In this document: positions 51,347-54,950 of the stretch, piece by piece
Layout: each line of letters begins with the position of its first letter
Numbering within the stretch: the stretch's first letter is position 1
Source: Hydrurus foetidus
Lineage: Eukaryota
DNA length: 54,950 bases
Assembly (NCBI GenBank): GCA_900617105.1
Contig: UYFQ01000322.1
Coordinates: 1 to 54,950, forward strand
Direction of reading: 5' to 3'
Notes under the pieces: model-generated
The model's database searches: none
What the model was told of the DNA's origin: nothing
Seen by the model: only the letters and a program-made list of their open reading frames with translations
Position numbers and translations under genes: made by a program

Positions 51347-54300
51347 TCAACGATGTTGTTTATTGATTAAATTGGTCATACTATTATGACGTAAATAATC
51401 ATGAAGTTTAACAACGTCACGAAGACTTGAATAAGGTTCCCAAGTGTTTTTGTCAGAAGGGTAATTTAACCACTTGACTAAAAACTCTATGTGGGTGCGT
51501 TGATGTTTACCACGATGTTCAAGAATATCTTCAACGAAGTATTCCATGTGATCACGTCGTGCAACATCTAACGGATTTGTGATTGATGAGTCAAATAGAA
51601 AAGGTTTCATGGAAGATACATGAAATTCTGATGTTTTCTGAGTGACTAGATCATATAAAGTGTAACGCGAATTTTCGCCACTAACGACTTTTAATGGACC
51701 TCTCCAATGCGTGTGAAGACGTGAAGGAGGTGATCCATCGCGATAGTGCACCAAGACATAAGAGTCTTTTGGATACTCTACATGTTGAAAGATTTGAGAC
51801 TGACTTTGATGAAGCAAATCTGTGCGAAGAAGTTCTTTAGCCGAAGCTTTAAGAAGGCTTTCTTGCGTTTTGAGCAGATTGCTCATACGCTTTGACAAAG
51901 GTTTGTCATCAGTAACGTTTCGCTCAGCAAGAGGTAAAAAAATTCCTCTGTCGAGTTTCAGTACATTTCCGAAAAGAAGTTGAGAAGCTGATATCTTTAA
52001 ACGATCACTGTGGTTAGAATTTAAAATTCGTTGCACAAAAGGAAGTGATGTTTTATAATCTTCTAGTGTGACATTATCGAATGTTAATGCACGAAGATGT
52101 CTATTAACTTCTTTATTCATGCGCTCAACAATAGCATTTTCTTCTTTAGAGTATGCTAAAGTAAGACAATGTTGAGTGCCAATAAGAGTTAGAAACTCTT
52201 TGATAACTTCGGAAATGAAGTGTGGCCCATTATCAGAACGGAGTTGGAGAGGTGCGCCGAAACGACCGAAATGTTGCAAGAGGCATTTAGCTGTTGAAAG
52301 TGCCGTAGCATCTTCTGTATGAAACAGTTCAACCCATCTTGTGAACGTATCGATAATTACGAGTACGTACCCGCCGTCTGGAAACGGTCCTATGAAGTCT
52401 ATGTTAAGGCATTCCATAGGTGTGTAAGTAGAAGTCGAGAAGCCATGAGCATTTATTGGTATCTTTAACATACTCATCTTCTGACAACACGAACAGTGAT
52501 CTATGAACCACCTGACATGCTGTCGCATATATTGCCAAATTTCATTATTATCTTTGAGACGCTTTAGAGTGCGCTCTAGACCGAAATGTCCAACTTGTGA
52601 GTTGTGTACTTTACTGATAATATTGTACTGCTCACGTGTTAGTTTAAATTTCTCAATAATATTAGCAGACATGATTGCATCAGGAGTATATTCCTGAGGG
52701 AAATCAACCATGTTATTGCGACAGAGTCGAGACATCGAATCAGCTATATCATTGTTAGATCCAGGTATATACTCAATCTTAAATGAATATTCGGATAAGG
52801 CCATAAACCACCGAACAATCATTGGATTTGAATTATCCTTGATGTATAACAAGTTACGATGATCTGTTCGTAATGTAAACGTACGATCACGTAATAGCGA
52901 TTTTAAATACGTGCACGAATAAAAGATAGCATATGCTTCTTTCTGTATAACAGCCCAACGAAGCTGAGCTTTGTTAAGTGATTTACTGACAAATGCTATG
53001 GGCGTCTCTTGACCGTCAACTAACTGGAAAAGATAGGCACCTACACCGTAGTCCGATGCATCAGTGTGCAAGTAAATCGGATCGGTGTCACTTAAAAAGT
53101 GCATAGTCGTGCATTTAGAAATCTCGGATTTGATCAAATTGAATGCTCTGAGAGCTTCTATTGTCCAAGTTATTTTCTTATACTTATTATAGTTAAGAAG
53201 CAACTGATGTAACGGGTATACAACAGTAGAAGCGTTTCTAACAAAGTCGTGAAAATAATTAACCAATCCTAAAAAACTTTTAAGTTGTTTAGATAGTACT
53301 GGTTTAGGAAAATCTAAGACAGTCCGTATTTTTTCTTGTGACATTCTAAGTCCATCCGCAGATAGAACTTTGCCAACATAGTCTATTTCGGCATAGCCTA
53401 GATAACACTTATTCGGTTTAAGGAATATTTTGTGTTTTCTAAAGCGTTCAAAAACAAGACGAAGTCTAGAAATGAGTTCATCAATGTCTTTACCGAAAAC
53501 ATTGCAATCATCGATGTACATTTCGCATATAGAGTATATCAGACCTGCTAACACAACAGTCGTCATGATCTGTTGGAAATAGGAGGGAGCTTGTTTTGGC
53601 CCAAAGGGTAAACGAGTGAATTGATATACTCCGCAGAAAAGTATGAATGCAGTATAAGCACGTGCAGCGAGTGTAAGTGGTGCTTGATGATAACCTTGAG
53701 TGAGGTCAAGCACAGCAAACACTTTTGCTTTATGTGCACCTATTCTACGCAACATCTCACCGATGTGTGGAATAGGATGTGATTTATCTTCGGTACAATT
53801 GTTGAGATTCCGAAAATCAATACACATGCGCTTAGTTCCATCAGATTTTGGAACTAGTAAAACTTGGCTATAATAAGCCGCGTTTGATTTTTCAACAATA
53901 TTATGTTTTTCAAGTTTGTTAATCTGACTAAGAATGTCAGCTTGATCAACTGTTGATTTAGACCATGGAGGTTGTCTATTTCTAGGGACTCTCCATTGGT
54001 CGTCATTGACATGAAAGTCAAAAGGTGGAATATCAGCAGGAGTGGCCGAAAGTTCACTGCTAAATATATCCTTGAATTCGTTTACTAGTAATCGAAGTTT
54101 ATTTTTCTGATCTTCATCACCTGCTAAGTTTATTAGCGAGAGTGGGTCAGTATCAGGAAATTCATCTATCCAAGGTGAAAACGAGTCCTTGATCGAGTCG
54201 TCGATTTCATCCTCATCAGGGGGCACAGCCTCAAAAAGTCTTTCAGACTCTTGTATTAGTGAAGCTAGAATAACGTGTGTTTGAGTGACTGCCGGTTTCA

Positions 54301-54778
54301 CCTTTTGGGTTAAAGGATCGACTTTTGGGGAGCCATCGGAGGGTTGCAAATTCTCCTTAGGCTGACAGCCACACGTTATATCCACCTGCTCAGAAGATAA
54401 AACTTCCGCTAACGGGATTGTGCTTGATGAAGCATTGGCAGATATCTGATCTGGGAATCGTGAAAACAAATTCAATTCGCGAATTGATTTACGTCCCACT
54501 ATTAGATCAAATTTTGAATCGTTTAAAACATAAGCCGTGATTTGAAAAGTATAATGATTATTTAAATCAGGGCAAAAATAAGAAAGAGTTAAGTCTATAG
54601 TGTCAGAAATATCATAACAATGATTATCTAATCCACTACAAACTTTACACAATTTCTTTGAAGAGTTCGAAACGAATTGTGTGAAATTGAGGTTAGTTAA
54701 AATGCGGCGATGTATAAAATTGCCAGCAAAAGAGCCGGTGTCCAGGAGAGTAAAGACTCTATTACTTTTTTCCAGCAT
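51347..54778 (-). CDS. pol: Gypsy Pol polyprotein (aspartic protease, RT, RNase H, integrase, chromodomain), 1143 aa, uninterrupted
   Basis: LLDTGS; RMCIDFR, LDLTQGYHQ, LPFG, YIDD; TDASDYGVG, EAYA, TDH, ADSMSR; H-x5-H...CSCC; IDFIG, SDNG, AIVERMN; WRGPLKV; YFVEDILEHR...FLVKWLNY...NTWEP. Confidence 0.97.
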   Translation of the reverse strand: MLEKSNRVFTLLDTGSFAGNFIHRRILTNLNFTQFVSNSSKKLCKVCSGLDNHCYDISDTIDLTLSYFCPDLNNHYTFQITAYVLNDSKFDLIVGRKSIRELNLFSRFPDQISANASSSTIPLAEVLSSEQVDITCGCQPKENLQPSDGSPKVDPLTQKVKPAVTQTHVILASLIQESERLFEAVPPDEDEIDDSIKDSFSPWIDEFPDTDPLSLINLAGDEDQKNKLRLLVNEFKDIFSSELSATPADIPPFDFHVNDDQWRVPRNRQPPWSKSTVDQADILSQINKLEKHNIVEKSNAAYYSQVLLVPKSDGTKRMCIDFRNLNNCTEDKSHPIPHIGEMLRRIGAHKAKVFAVLDLTQGYHQAPLTLAARAYTAFILFCGVYQFTRLPFGPKQAPSYFQQIMTTVVLAGLIYSICEMYIDDCNVFGKDIDELISRLRLVFERFRKHKIFLKPNKCYLGYAEIDYVGKVLSADGLRMSQEKIRTVLDFPKPVLSKQLKSFLGLVNYFHDFVRNASTVVYPLHQLLLNYNKYKKITWTIEALRAFNLIKSEISKCTTMHFLSDTDPIYLHTDASDYGVGAYLFQLVDGQETPIAFVSKSLNKAQLRWAVIQKEAYAIFYSCTYLKSLLRDRTFTLRTDHRNLLYIKDNSNPMIVRWFMALSEYSFKIEYIPGSNNDIADSMSRLCRNNMVDFPQEYTPDAIMSANIIEKFKLTREQYNIISKVHNSQVGHFGLERTLKRLKDNNEIWQYMRQHVRWFIDHCSCCQKMSMLKIPINAHGFSTSTYTPMECLNIDFIGPFPDGGYVLVIIDTFTRWVELFHTEDATALSTAKCLLQHFGRFGAPLQLRSDNGPHFISEVIKEFLTLIGTQHCLTLAYSKEENAIVERMNKEVNRHLRALTFDNVTLEDYKTSLPFVQRILNSNHSDRLKISASQLLFGNVLKLDRGIFLPLAERNVTDDKPLSKRMSNLLKTQESLLKASAKELLRTDLLHQSQSQIFQHVEYPKDSYVLVHYRDGSPPSRLHTHWRGPLKVVSGENSRYTLYDLVTQKTSEFHVSSMKPFLFDSSITNPLDVARRDHMEYFVEDILEHRGKHQRTHIEFLVKWLNYPSDKNTWEPYSSLRDVVKLHDYLRHNSMTNLINKQHR

Positions 54779-54950
54779 AACCTCCTGTGAGAGGGAGATA
54801 TGAAGAAAGGAATAAGTTCTGGATCATCGGAAGAATAGATGATGAATTTAGGTTGCATAGTAGCTTACCCTTGTGTTTCTTCGCTGGGTTTGTCGAGTCT
54901 GCTGTTGAAGTAGCAGGTTTTGACGAAGAGGAAGAGGAGGAAGAGGAAAG
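54762..54950 (-). CDS. gag: Probable Gag C-terminal tail (partial)
   Basis: Open frame from the window end: LSSSSSSSSSKPATSTADSTNPAKKHKGKLLCNL...GGYAGKK*. It overlaps pol, which lies in the +1 frame. The call is positional; no gag motif is visible. Confidence 0.6.
   Translation of the reverse strand, partial: LSSSSSSSSSKPATSTADSTNPAKKHKGKLLCNLNSSSILPMIQNLFLSSYLPLTGGYAGKK

Larger units (their letters stand above)
50881..54950 (-). mobile_element. Ty3/Gypsy chromodomain-containing LTR retrotransposon, 3' part (5' end outside window)
   Basis: Domain order PR-RT-RH-IN-chromodomain, followed by a PPT and a TG...CA LTR abutting the array. Confidence 0.96.

Noticed and set aside
52503..54057. Small ORFs inside pol (52503-52697 +, 53854-54057 -)
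   Set aside because: They are shadow ORFs of the retrotransposon polyprotein.

Overview
Eukaryotic genomic DNA (standard genetic code, short GT-AG introns of about 50-95 bp; possibly a stramenopile/ochrophyte alga, which is inference only) in four blocks. (1) 1-1179: a 243-bp tandem repeat cut by the window edge. (2) 1180-8561: three decayed spliced genes, namely a minus-strand gene with an RPA/OB-fold-like segment, an unknown plus-strand gene, and a roughly 9-exon gene ending in a Ulp1/C48-like protease domain; together they look like cargo of a large DNA transposon, possibly Helitron-like. (3) 8562-50883: a 42.3-kb array of 93 complete plus partial, near-identical 444-bp protein-coding units. 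Each unit encodes 148 aa: a 12-Cys module with five CxxC motifs (GCC2/GCC3, ephrin-receptor-like pattern) plus a Pro/Thr/Ser mucin-like linker. With single-base slips repaired, it reads as one intron-less frame of about 14,000 codons that lacks both termini in this window. (4) 50881-54950: the 3' part of a minus-strand chromodomain-bearing Ty3/Gypsy LTR retrotransposon (gag tail, intact pol, PPT, 3' LTR) inserted into the last repeat unit. Some array irregularities may be long-read consensus artefacts, and this cannot be settled without reads.
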